The notes beneath the pieces were generated by a model. That model was not told the origin of the DNA, searched no databases, and was given only the letters and a program-made list of their open reading frames with translations. A program made the translations under genes and the position numbers. DNA of 64,000 nucleotides from an uncultured cyanobacterium. GTDB lineage: Bacteria > Cyanobacteriota > Cyanobacteriia > Cyanobacteriales > Nostocaceae. Of this stretch, positions 27,459-36,919 are shown piece by piece. Positions within the stretch are counted from its first letter, which is position 1. Every line of letters starts with the position of its first letter. Location: assembly GCA_963706595.1 (NCBI GenBank), contig OY970166.1:5312001-5376000 (forward strand), in the 5' to 3' direction.

Positions 27459-28901
27459 ATGCTGCAAGCCATCCGTTCGCCCACACCGCAAATTTTACAC
27501 TGGTTAGCAGCCGGACAACTAGCTAACCGCTTCCACCGCGCCATTAGACACTGGTGGATATTAAATCAACTATATGGCGGCGAGACAAAATGGGGGCATG
27601 ATCTACCCAAGTATTTTACCTATTCTCAACTGCGCGATCGCCTGTTTGCCGAAACACACCCCAAAAGCGAAAAACTCGAACCCCCAGAAATCACCGCCAA
27701 ATGTCGCGACTTCACCTGTATTTGCCATCGCACCTGTGTAGAAATTCTGCAAACATCAGGACTGCACATATCTGAAAACCAATGGCAAACAGAAATATTA
27801 CAACTAAGCGGTATAAATCTGCAACACCTCCAAGCACAACTACAGCAAAGACCCTTCGCCACAGTTCACCGTTCCCTCAGAGATGACCTTAAACAGCTAA
27901 CTCATTTAGGATGGTTGCAAAAAGTCAGTCAAGGACAATACCAATGTCTGTCCCAAACAGAACTACCCAAACCCCCAGAAATTTCCACCGCCCAAACCAG
28001 CTTTACTCAACTTTCCATCCCCCAAACCTGGGAACTGCTGCACGTCTTAGAATCAGTCGCCTTTATCCAACCCAACTTAAACCTGATTGTCGAAAACCTG
28101 TGGGAACAAATCACCGATAATTCCGCCTCACCACTAACTCAAGCGCCGCAACAGCGCATATTTCTACACTTAGACTATATCCTCTCTACAGAAACCCAAG
28201 ACCAAGTAGATAACTACCAAGAACAAATAGAACAACTGTGGCGAAAAACTCGCGGTGGCGTAGTGCAATTTGACTACTGGGTGACAGCAGATAAAAAAGT
28301 TCAAATCACAGTGTATCCTGTTTGTCTGCATTACCTCCGCCGTGCCAAATACCTCAGCGCCTATGGTTTAGACCCCCAAAACAATATAGCCTGGCATAAT
28401 TATCGCCTAGACCGCATCGCGTCGCCAAAACTAAAGGTTTTACCCTGGGGAGATCCTGGTGTTCCCAAGCCATTAAAACAAATGTGGTATACAGGCGAAT
28501 TACCCACACCAGACTACATTCAAACCGAATTAGATGCAGCTTGGGGATTTAACTTTTACCTCCAACGAGAATTTCTCATCTTGCGTTTTCCCCCCGCCTT
28601 TGCTAGTCGATATGTGGACAATACTTTTCGCCATCCTTCCTTTAGTGCAATTCCTTACGAAAATTTACCCAAACAGATAGTGCAGAATATCCCAGAAATT
28701 GAACAGCAAAAGGTTTTAGAAATATTGCAACAAAAACCCCATAGTGATGCTTATTATATAGGTTGGATACGCACTGGAGATATTAACGTTTTGATGCGTC
28801 TGCGAGACTGGCGACCAAATGGTGAAGTAATCGCCCCATTATCAATTCGGCAGCAATTACGAAAAGAAGCAATACAAGAATTGTCTAATTATCAAGACTG
28901 A
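27459..28901 (+). CDS. CRISPR-associated WYL-domain regulator (TIGR03985-like)
   Basis: N-terminal wHTH-like RSLRDDLKQLTHLGWL; WYL core VYPVCLHY..RAKYLSAYG...WHNYRLDRI; C-terminal RLRDWRPNGEVIAP..IRQ. Confidence 0.85.
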   Translation: MLQAIRSPTPQILHWLAAGQLANRFHRAIRHWWILNQLYGGETKWGHDLPKYFTYSQLRDRLFAETHPKSEKLEPPEITAKCRDFTCICHRTCVEILQTSGLHISENQWQTEILQLSGINLQHLQAQLQQRPFATVHRSLRDDLKQLTHLGWLQKVSQGQYQCLSQTELPKPPEISTAQTSFTQLSIPQTWELLHVLESVAFIQPNLNLIVENLWEQITDNSASPLTQAPQQRIFLHLDYILSTETQDQVDNYQEQIEQLWRKTRGGVVQFDYWVTADKKVQITVYPVCLHYLRRAKYLSAYGLDPQNNIAWHNYRLDRIASPKLKVLPWGDPGVPKPLKQMWYTGELPTPDYIQTELDAAWGFNFYLQREFLILRFPPAFASRYVDNTFRHPSFSAIPYENLPKQIVQNIPEIEQQKVLEILQQKPHSDAYYIGWIRTGDINVLMRLRDWRPNGEVIAPLSIRQQLRKEAIQELSNYQD

Positions 28902-29536
28902 GAGGGTGTTTGAGAAAAATCTATATTTTCAGCAAAATTAACTTTTTTATATAATTGCTTTAAAGACAATTCTAAATTAATTGTTGACAGATTTAACTTA
29001 GCACTTTCTGTGTCATATTCAGTCAAAATCCATTGGTTTTCAGGAGTCTTGACATACTGCATCACATAATATTGAGTTTGGTCAATTAAAATATATTCTT
29101 TAAACTCAGGAATTGAGCGATAATAGAGAAATTTATCCCCCTGGTCATAATCTTTGGTAGATTTGGATAAAACTTCAGCAATTAATAAAGGATTTGTCAC
29201 CGTTGTAGTATTTGTAGTGTAATAAACAGGTTCACCCTCAATTACCATGACATCAGGATAGGTAAACTGCCGATAGCGTGGTATCCACAATTTCACATCA
29301 CCGATATAAACTTCATATTCTAAATCAAATAATGCTAAATTTAAGCTAGTTGCTAGATTTAACGCCAACTTATTATGATTGGTAGTTCCCCCAGTCACAG
29401 GAATAATTTCTCCATCTCGAAATTCATTTTTATCATCAGCTTTTGCTTCTAGTTCTAAATATTCTTCTGGGGTGTAGTAAGCTTTAACTATTTTAATTTC
29501 TTGGGTAGTAGTTTGCAATTTCATAGATTTATTCAC
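28892..29536 (-). CDS. Uma2 (DUF820) family endonuclease-fold protein
   Basis: YTPEEYL, GGTTNHN, TYPDVMV, IAEVLSKST, KFLYYRSIPEFKEYILIDQ. Confidence 0.9.
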   Translation of the reverse strand: MNKSMKLQTTTQEIKIVKAYYTPEEYLELEAKADDKNEFRDGEIIPVTGGTTNHNKLALNLATSLNLALFDLEYEVYIGDVKLWIPRYRQFTYPDVMVIEGEPVYYTTNTTTVTNPLLIAEVLSKSTKDYDQGDKFLYYRSIPEFKEYILIDQTQYYVMQYVKTPENQWILTEYDTESAKLNLSTINLELSLKQLYKKVNFAENIDFSQTPSQS

Positions 29537-29684
29537 TGAAATTATGAATACATTTATATTTTACCTGCTACCTTGCCTCTTTGAGAAATCTATCTTGCAG
29601 TATACCAAAATCTAAACCTAAGAAGGTATTTAATTCTCTGAGTTTTGGCTATCATCAGCAACGACTGCTCAGTGAGGAATCTGG

Positions 29685-30692
29685 ATGAATACAGAGATAG
29701 CGGCACTTTTGGACAGGGTGCAGAAAATGGTTAGCGATTTCATTATTTTGCTACCCAATATTGTGCTAGGGTTGTTTGTTTTTACAATCTTTGTAATTGT
29801 CGGGAGATCAATCAAGCGACTAGTGAGACGCTTAACCAGTCACCGCAGCTATGCTCGCAATTTGGGAATGGTGCTGGGGAGGTTGGCACAAGGAACTACA
29901 GTTTTGGTGGGTTTGTTTATTTCTTTATCCATTGTCTTTCCCTCGCTCAAAGCATCGGATTTGGTGCAATTGCTGGGAATCAGTGGGGTAGCAATCGGTT
30001 TTGCTTTTCGCGATATTTTACAAAACTTTTTAGCTGGAATTCTCATTTTACTCACAGAACCGTTCCAAATCAATGACCAAATTGTGTTTAAGAACTTTGA
30101 AGGTACGGTAGAAAATATTGAAACACGAGCTACTACTATTAGAACTTACGATGGTCGGCGGATTGTGATTCCCAATTCTGAACTATTCACCAATTCGGTA
30201 ACTGTAAATACCGCCTTCGATAATCGGCGTTTAGAATACGATGTCGGCGTTGGCTACGGCGATGACCTGGACTGGACAAAGCAGTTAATGCTGGAAGCGA
30301 TGCATAGTGTAGATGTTGTGTTAAAAGACCCGCCTCCTGATGTCCTGGTGATGGAACTTGCGGATAATAGTGTGAATATCCGGGCGCGATGGTGGATTCA
30401 ACCACCCCGATGGTCAGATGCTCTAGATTCACGCGATCAAGTCATCTCTGCAATCAAGCAAAAGCTTTATGTGGAAAACGGCATCGATTTACCATATCCT
30501 ACCAGACAAATTTTATTCCACGACCAAACCGAAGAAACAGATGGCGATCGCACTCGTCAGCGTGAAGGTTGGCCAGCCGGGAAAAACAAAGTCCCCAAAC
30601 CACGTAGCATTGGCGGTTCACTCAAACGTTTAGCCCAATTGCCGGATCGGAATGGCAAGGTAGATGCTGACAGAAAAAACCACGAATCATGA
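29685..30692 (+). CDS. Small-conductance mechanosensitive channel (MscS family)
   Basis: Three TM helices, GVAIGFAFRDILQNFLAGI, PFQIND, GTVENIETRAT, IVIPNS. Confidence 0.9.
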   Translation: MNTEIAALLDRVQKMVSDFIILLPNIVLGLFVFTIFVIVGRSIKRLVRRLTSHRSYARNLGMVLGRLAQGTTVLVGLFISLSIVFPSLKASDLVQLLGISGVAIGFAFRDILQNFLAGILILLTEPFQINDQIVFKNFEGTVENIETRATTIRTYDGRRIVIPNSELFTNSVTVNTAFDNRRLEYDVGVGYGDDLDWTKQLMLEAMHSVDVVLKDPPPDVLVMELADNSVNIRARWWIQPPRWSDALDSRDQVISAIKQKLYVENGIDLPYPTRQILFHDQTEETDGDRTRQREGWPAGKNKVPKPRSIGGSLKRLAQLPDRNGKVDADRKNHES

Positions 30693-32032
30693 ATAATGTC
30701 AAGTTATCCAAGTTGTGGGATGCCCTTCATACTAGCTACTGGTTTTTGCCAGGAATTTTGGCAATTTCTGCCGTGATTTTGGCATTTACAATGTTGAGCC
30801 TTGACCGCACAATTGGTTTTGATGATTGGGATTGGATCTACACAGGTGGACCCGATGGGGCTAGAGAAGTGCTATCTGCGATCGCAGGTTCAATGGTGAG
30901 TGTTGCAGCGACAGCCTTTTCCATTACAATTGTCGCCCTACAACTGGCTTCTGCTAACTTCGGACCAAGACTGCTGCGTAACTTTATGCGCGACACAGGC
31001 AATCAAATTGTCCTGGGTACATTCATTGCCACGTTTATTTATTCCTTGCTGGTGCTGCGTGCTATTTATGGAGAGGACTACAATCTATTTATTCCCCATC
31101 TTTCAGTCACAGTCGGTATTGTGCTAGCGATTCTCAGCATTGCCGTCCTGATTTACTTTATTCATCACGCATCAACCATCATTCAAGCATCGCACGTTAT
31201 TAAGAGTGTGAGTGAAGATTTAGACAAAGCTATTGATCGGCTATTTCCCGAAAAAATTGGTGTTAATCCCCCAGCCCATCAACTACATCTAGGGGAAATT
31301 CCACCCGATTTTGAGTTACAGGCTTACCCAATTAAAGCCAATAGTAATGGTTATTTACAAGCCATTAATGATCAAAAACTCATGGAAATTGCTTGTAAAT
31401 ATAATCTCCTGATCCATGTTAAATCTCGACCAGGAAAGTTTGTGATTAAGGGCAATGAATTGGTCATGGTTTGGCCTGGTGAACGAGTCAATCGCAAACT
31501 TAACCATCGATTGCAGAAAACATTTATTTTCGGAAAGGAACGCACTGAACAGCAGGATGTGGAGTTTCCTCTGCAACAGTTAGTAGAAATTGCTCTGCGG
31601 GCTATTTCTCCGGGAATCAACGATCCTTTCACTGCGATTCGATGTATTGACCGTTTGAGTGCTGCACTGTGTCATCTTGTACAAAGACAGTTTCCCTCAC
31701 CTTACCGCTACGATGATCATAACCAATTGCGGGTGATTGCCAAACCAGTAACTTTTGAGGGGATAGTCGATCAAGCTTTTAACCAAATTCGGCAGAACAG
31801 CAGAACTGATGCAGCTGTGACGATTCATTTGCTCAAGGCGATCGCCTTAATCGCCACTTGCACCCATAATGGGCAATATCAGCAAATTCTCAAGCGTCAT
31901 GCTGACATGATCGCGCGAGGAAGCCATGAAGGCTTGCCAGAATCACAAGACCGCCAGGATGTCCAGGATAAATATAACAGCGTGATTCAAGTCTTGGAGC
32001 AAAACCATGAAATAGAGATTTTGCAGCGATGA
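30689..32032 (+). CDS. DUF2254 membrane protein
   Basis: AFSITIVALQLAS..FGPRLLRNF, ERTEQQDVEF, LVEIALRAISPGINDPFTA; ATGA overlap with mscS. Confidence 0.88.
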   Translation: MNNVKLSKLWDALHTSYWFLPGILAISAVILAFTMLSLDRTIGFDDWDWIYTGGPDGAREVLSAIAGSMVSVAATAFSITIVALQLASANFGPRLLRNFMRDTGNQIVLGTFIATFIYSLLVLRAIYGEDYNLFIPHLSVTVGIVLAILSIAVLIYFIHHASTIIQASHVIKSVSEDLDKAIDRLFPEKIGVNPPAHQLHLGEIPPDFELQAYPIKANSNGYLQAINDQKLMEIACKYNLLIHVKSRPGKFVIKGNELVMVWPGERVNRKLNHRLQKTFIFGKERTEQQDVEFPLQQLVEIALRAISPGINDPFTAIRCIDRLSAALCHLVQRQFPSPYRYDDHNQLRVIAKPVTFEGIVDQAFNQIRQNSRTDAAVTIHLLKAIALIATCTHNGQYQQILKRHADMIARGSHEGLPESQDRQDVQDKYNSVIQVLEQNHEIEILQR

Positions 32033-32057
32033 AATACTCCTCCCCTCTCCCCTGCGC

Positions 32058-32266
32058 CTACGGTGTACACACATCTGGGCAATCAAGTACAGACCCTGAA
32101 TTTACCCCTTACTAAGGAACTACGCGGTGTACACACAAGTGATCTGATCCCCCTAAATCCCCCTTCTCAAGGGGGACTTTAAGCAATTTTCCCCCCTTCT
32201 TAAGGGGGGTTAGGGGGGATCGAAACGCTGTTAGGCAACTTGATAAGACTTGTGTGTACACGATAG
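32058..32266. mobile_element. Nested MITE of the CTACGGTGTACACAC family (inner copy 32120-32266 is the inverse of 3477-3621; extra left end at 32058)
   Basis: Two left TIRs and one right TIR; internal sequence matches the 3477 copy. Confidence 0.75.
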
Positions 32267-32727
32267 CCCCCTGCGGAGTGGGGTTCTTGGAACAATAAAA
32301 AATGCCCACAGGCGCGGGCATTAAGTAGGCTTTCTGTCACTTTTATTGGCTACAATCATGTTCAATCATGATGTTTTTATTTTTCTCTATTCCCACTCAT
32401 AAATCAAGCCGGGAAAATTACAACTTTAGACATAAATCATGAAATTATATCTTTTTATTGATCTGTCTAATAGATGAAAATTCCAGAACCAATAGATGAT
32501 ATTTGTGTTAGCAGCTATAACAATACGCAATCAGTTATGAACATAAAAATCCCCAACCTCTTGGAGACACCCGTAGAAGTTGGGCATCTGATGATTGCGA
32601 ATTAACCTTTAACTAGCATAAAGATAGTCTTTGTAGCCAATATTTTTAGACCCAATTCACCTATTTATGTCTGTTGGACTTGACACTTTCTCCCAATTTT
32701 CTATTAAAACTATAAGTGTGGTCAGGT

Positions 32728-32761
32728 AAAAAACCCCAGGGATTCCCAGTCCTGGGGTTTT
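32728..32761. terminator. Hairpin with A-run and T-run (bidirectional terminator-like)
   Basis: AAAAAACCCCAGG-GATTCCCAGT-CCTGGGGTTTTT. Confidence 0.55.
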
Positions 32762-33191
32762 ACTTTTTTTCCTAACCAGGAAAGCAAAAAAAACAGATTT
32801 CATATATCATTAATTAGAGCTATAATTAAATAATTATTTTGACCATAGTGAAATACTCAAGTCTTCCTGAATACCTCCTAGAAATTTTTTATGTAACTAA
32901 ATCTACATTGTCATTATTTTGCAAGTTATTAATATTACTAATTACCTCGTTAGATTTGAAAAAAATAAAACCTTTCACTGCAAAAAACAATATATTTATA
33001 TTAGCCATAAGATAGATGAAATTAATTGAGCGATCGCCTTATATTAGGGAATATAAAACAAAGAGCGTTACTTACGGCTTGAGGGTGTATCTGCTACTTA
33101 AAGTGAGCATAAAAAATTAATTTAGAGCCATCATTGACATTATTTATATTTATTTATACTTGTTTTTATTTTTTAGTAATCCGAGATGCTC

Positions 33192-33328
33192 TAGGAATCC
33201 GATTTGATTATTGAAAAAATCTAAGTATATGTAGGGTGTGTTATGGCTTTAGCCTAACGCACCGTCTTCTGTGGTCTTGGTGCTGTACTCTCCTCTCTGT
33301 GTGTTTCATAAATCAAATATGAGTCCTA
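33192..33328. mobile_element. MITE with TAGGAATCCGATTTGATT / AATCAAATATGA(G/A)TCCTA ends carrying a GTAGGGTGTGTT..AACGCACC hairpin; copy at 56820-56979
   Basis: Imperfect TIRs and a second copy in the window. Confidence 0.7.
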
Positions 33329-33406
33329 TTACCAATTTTTTGTGAGGCTGGACATTATTTTCACCCCTCCCAACCGCATTCGATCACAGAGGGGTTGAAG
33401 TTCCTG

Positions 33407-33899
33407 TTAAATTTCTGCACCTCCTTTCGGTTCAGCACCCATTGGCGAAACGTAATCACGGAAAGCATTAATCTGTTGTTCAAAAGGTAACGCTTTGATA
33501 TTATCCAACAGGGTTTGAGATGCAGATGAAAGCTGATAACCAGCAGGTAAAGGAATGATTCTACCGCTTTCCATCTCTTGAGCTAATCGATACCAAAATA
33601 ACAGTTTTGTGGTATCACTCAAAGAACCATATTCACGGCTAATTTGAGTATCCTTTTTGGTAATGATATCACGCTGAACTTGTAATTGTTGTGCGTGGCT
33701 CAACTCTTTAACTTGATTGCATAAACCTTCGGCAATTTCTGGGGAAACAGTACCTGGCCGCAGGGGCGGCTGGTGTAATAGAACTTCCCATTTCTTGGTA
33801 AATAAACCAAAACAACGCTAACTGTTCATCTACATCCAAGTTTTGCCATGATTGGACACATTCACGAATATTTGGATCGCTGGTTTGGGTATATGTCAT
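33407..33899 (-). CDS. Helical carotenoid protein (OCP N-terminal domain homologue), split by a +1 frameshift near 33754
   Basis: LDVDEQLALFWFIY.EMG.SITPAAP, QQLQVQRD, ISREYGSLSDTTKLLFWYRLAQ; removing one base restores ...AASTVSPEIAEGL. Confidence 0.85.
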
Positions 33900-34301
33900 A
33901 ACAGTTGAATTGGTAATAAATAAGTGTCGTTAATTACATTAACAAACACATATCGTTCACCTAAACCCACTGAAGACAGATGTATCTCAACCAGAAAGTA
34001 GAATAAACAGACGCAGATCATTAAATGAGGGGATTACTAGATGAAATTTACTTAGATATTAATAATTCTCATGAAAAAAATGATACTGGAATCCCAGAAG
34101 GTTGATTTTTTATTTTTAACCTTTTCCAGATAAGTATCCGGTTAAGAATTGTTTAATTCAGTATAGTTAAATCTATCCACAGTTATAAATCATCTGATAA
34201 TGATGCAAAATATGATAGGTAAGTTGCATGAATATCTGCTATTTTGATTTTTTTTATGTTATAAAACTCACAGAATTTAATACCAGAGGAAAAGAATTTT
34301 T

Positions 34302-36833
34302 ATGGAAATAGAACAATTAGATTGTTTTAAAGACTACGGCGAATTTATCCTCCAAAAACTAGACTCAGTACCTCAATATCCTTCTAAACAAGAAGATTGG
34401 ATACCTACTAGCCTGGATGACTGTCTGGTGCGCCTCCGGGAAGCTGCTGAGAAAACTGTAGAACTGGCAACATCTCCAGTTAGAATCGGGGTGATGGGAG
34501 AATTTAGTAGCGGCAAAACTTTACTTTTGGGCAGCCTGATTGGTTATGCTGATGCTTTACCTATTAGTGAGAACCCGACTACAGGTAATGTTACAGCTAT
34601 CCATATTGTGCCGCAATCAGGTTTTGTCACCACTCAGGCAAATAATTATCGGGTAGAGTATCTTTCTCATGAAGGGGTAAATGAGTGTCTGCAATTCATG
34701 TTGGAGGAAGCAAGCCGCCGAACTACGGCTGCTGGACTTGCACCTATGTCTATGTCAAAATTAAGTACTGGCAAAGATATTATTAACTGGTGCGAAGATA
34801 CATGGAACAGTAGTAAAAACTTAGAATTACGTTATTTACTGCGAGAGTTGGTATTGTTCATTCGCGCCTATCAAGCTTATGGCGAAGCTATGTGTGGTGG
34901 ACATTACCAGATTGATGCGATCACCGCCCATGAAGGGCTACAGCTGACTGAACAGCCAATGGCGATCCAAACTCTCCGTTTTGAGGAGATACCTCCATGT
35001 CATATCCGATTACCTAGTCCACCCCAAAGGCTACCTACCAAGCTATTACAGAACAGTTTCCCCCTGATCCGTCGTGTTGATATTGAGGTCCAAATATCAC
35101 GAGAGATTTGGGATTTTGCCGGAGTTTCAGAATTTGTGCTGTTAGATTTTCCCGGATTAGGGGCTGCTAATTCTGGTGCTAGAGATACCTTTTTGTCACT
35201 GCGGGAGTTAGCAGAAGTACAAACAATTTTAGTGCTTTTAAATGGTAAAACTCCTGGAAGCGATCGCGCCAATAAAATCTTCACGATGATGCAGCAACAG
35301 CGCCCAGGACAAGACCTCAAAGATTTAATTTTGGTGGGGGTAGGTCGTTTTGATCAATTACCTTTAGATAGTGAAGGTTGTGAAAGAGAACTGGATCGAT
35401 TAATCGAAAGTAGTAGACTTTTAGAAGAAGAAGATGTTTTCCGCAAATTGAAAGTTTTGCAAACCACCATTGACGCTGCTAGTGCATTCACCACCCAACA
35501 AGACCGGATTGTTTTATTATCGCCACTACTAGGGCTGGCTGAGTTGGCAAAACGTTCTAGTACAGTCAAAGCAGGTTCACCAGAATTTTTAGCTAACTTA
35601 GATTATCCTGATTATTTAGAACGGTCGAAGCGATTGCAACAAAAGTGGGAACTATTAAGCACACGGCTGCTAGAATCTGACCCACGCAGTCATTTAGGCA
35701 GACAATTGAGTTACTTTGCTCAAGATGGTGGCATTGCTAAACTGCGAGAATTAATTCAAAATCATGTTACCAGTCATGGACTGAAACAACTGTATCAAGA
35801 TACTCAAAGGTCTGCCGATAATTTACTCCAACAACAAGAATATCTCAAAAACATTATTGCCGAAATTCATGAACAAGGCATTCCCACCGCAGATAGTCAG
35901 GATTTAATTGAGTTTCGGGCTGCTATAGAAAACTTAGATAAAACTTATCGCAATTTTCAAAAAAGTTTAGGTAAAGAACCACTCAAAGACCGTCGGGGAG
36001 ATGTGGTTAGTGATGTGGTAAAAGACGAACTCACTTTTAAAATCCTCAATTGGAATGAGTGGACTTTACTATTTAATAAAGCCAACAATGGTAATATCAC
36101 TATTGCCGAATTTAAAGGTGCAGCCGGCAAGTTATTTGACAGAGGAAATAGAGTTAATAGCACCCTACCAACGAAGAGTGAAGATTTTTATCCAGCCTTT
36201 GCCAAAACTGTTAAAGAATTAGAAAATTTTGCGCGCGATCGCATTCATCAAGCAGTAGTAGATTTATTAAGTCAATTATCCCATCATATAGCCGCAGAAC
36301 GCGATCATTTACAGGCAAATCTGCGCCCAGAAATGGAACAAGAAATTGAAACCAAGTTTGGCATAGAAGAAGCTGATATTTTTTACAAATTACTATTAGG
36401 ATGCGACCCTAATCAATGGCAAGAAGCGATTATTTCCGAAATTAATAGCAAAGAACAATCAATTTCACCGGAAATTATGTTTCCCTTAGCGCGTCAAGAT
36501 GAAAAACACAATATTGGTCAAATCTTTGATTGGTCTCCTGAAAAAAGTCAAGATTTACCCAAAACAGGTAATCATCAACTTTTTGTTCTGCGACTGCGAG
36601 ACGAAATAACTGCTAGTGCTAGTCTGCATTTGGTGCAATATGTTAGTGAAATTAATCAACAGGTGAATGCTGAATTAGAAGGTATTTTGGATCAAATTAT
36701 TCCGACTCTGCAAAATCTTTCTAAGAAGGAAGCTTTACTCAGACATATTGCGGCGGGAAATTCTCCTGCTAAGGTGGCTGTTCCTACTTGGTTGCAGATT
36801 CTTTCTAAGGTTTCTACTAGTTCTTATTTTTAA
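34302..36833 (+). CDS. Dynamin-like (SrfC/LeoA-type) GTPase, 843 aa
   Basis: G1 GEFSSGKT, G2 ALPISENPTTG, G3 LLDFPG, G4-like GRFD; long helical C-terminus. Confidence 0.8.
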   Translation: MEIEQLDCFKDYGEFILQKLDSVPQYPSKQEDWIPTSLDDCLVRLREAAEKTVELATSPVRIGVMGEFSSGKTLLLGSLIGYADALPISENPTTGNVTAIHIVPQSGFVTTQANNYRVEYLSHEGVNECLQFMLEEASRRTTAAGLAPMSMSKLSTGKDIINWCEDTWNSSKNLELRYLLRELVLFIRAYQAYGEAMCGGHYQIDAITAHEGLQLTEQPMAIQTLRFEEIPPCHIRLPSPPQRLPTKLLQNSFPLIRRVDIEVQISREIWDFAGVSEFVLLDFPGLGAANSGARDTFLSLRELAEVQTILVLLNGKTPGSDRANKIFTMMQQQRPGQDLKDLILVGVGRFDQLPLDSEGCERELDRLIESSRLLEEEDVFRKLKVLQTTIDAASAFTTQQDRIVLLSPLLGLAELAKRSSTVKAGSPEFLANLDYPDYLERSKRLQQKWELLSTRLLESDPRSHLGRQLSYFAQDGGIAKLRELIQNHVTSHGLKQLYQDTQRSADNLLQQQEYLKNIIAEIHEQGIPTADSQDLIEFRAAIENLDKTYRNFQKSLGKEPLKDRRGDVVSDVVKDELTFKILNWNEWTLLFNKANNGNITIAEFKGAAGKLFDRGNRVNSTLPTKSEDFYPAFAKTVKELENFARDRIHQAVVDLLSQLSHHIAAERDHLQANLRPEMEQEIETKFGIEEADIFYKLLLGCDPNQWQEAIISEINSKEQSISPEIMFPLARQDEKHNIGQIFDWSPEKSQDLPKTGNHQLFVLRLRDEITASASLHLVQYVSEINQQVNAELEGILDQIIPTLQNLSKKEALLRHIAAGNSPAKVAVPTWLQILSKVSTSSYF

Positions 36834-36919
36834 ACGAACCACAGAGGCACAGAGAACACAGAGAAATTAAGAAATTAATCTTAGTTTAGGGTTGTAAAGC
36901 ATTAATATAAGGAGAAAAA

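Noticed and set aside
28892..29536. Uma2 gene as part of the CRISPR system
   Set aside because: It is convergent with WYL and belongs to a highly multi-copy cyanobacterial family (another member at 62036-62758).
32112..32321. 69-aa ORF (SPLTPLKKGG...KGDLGG)
   Set aside because: It is a translation of the MITE hairpins.
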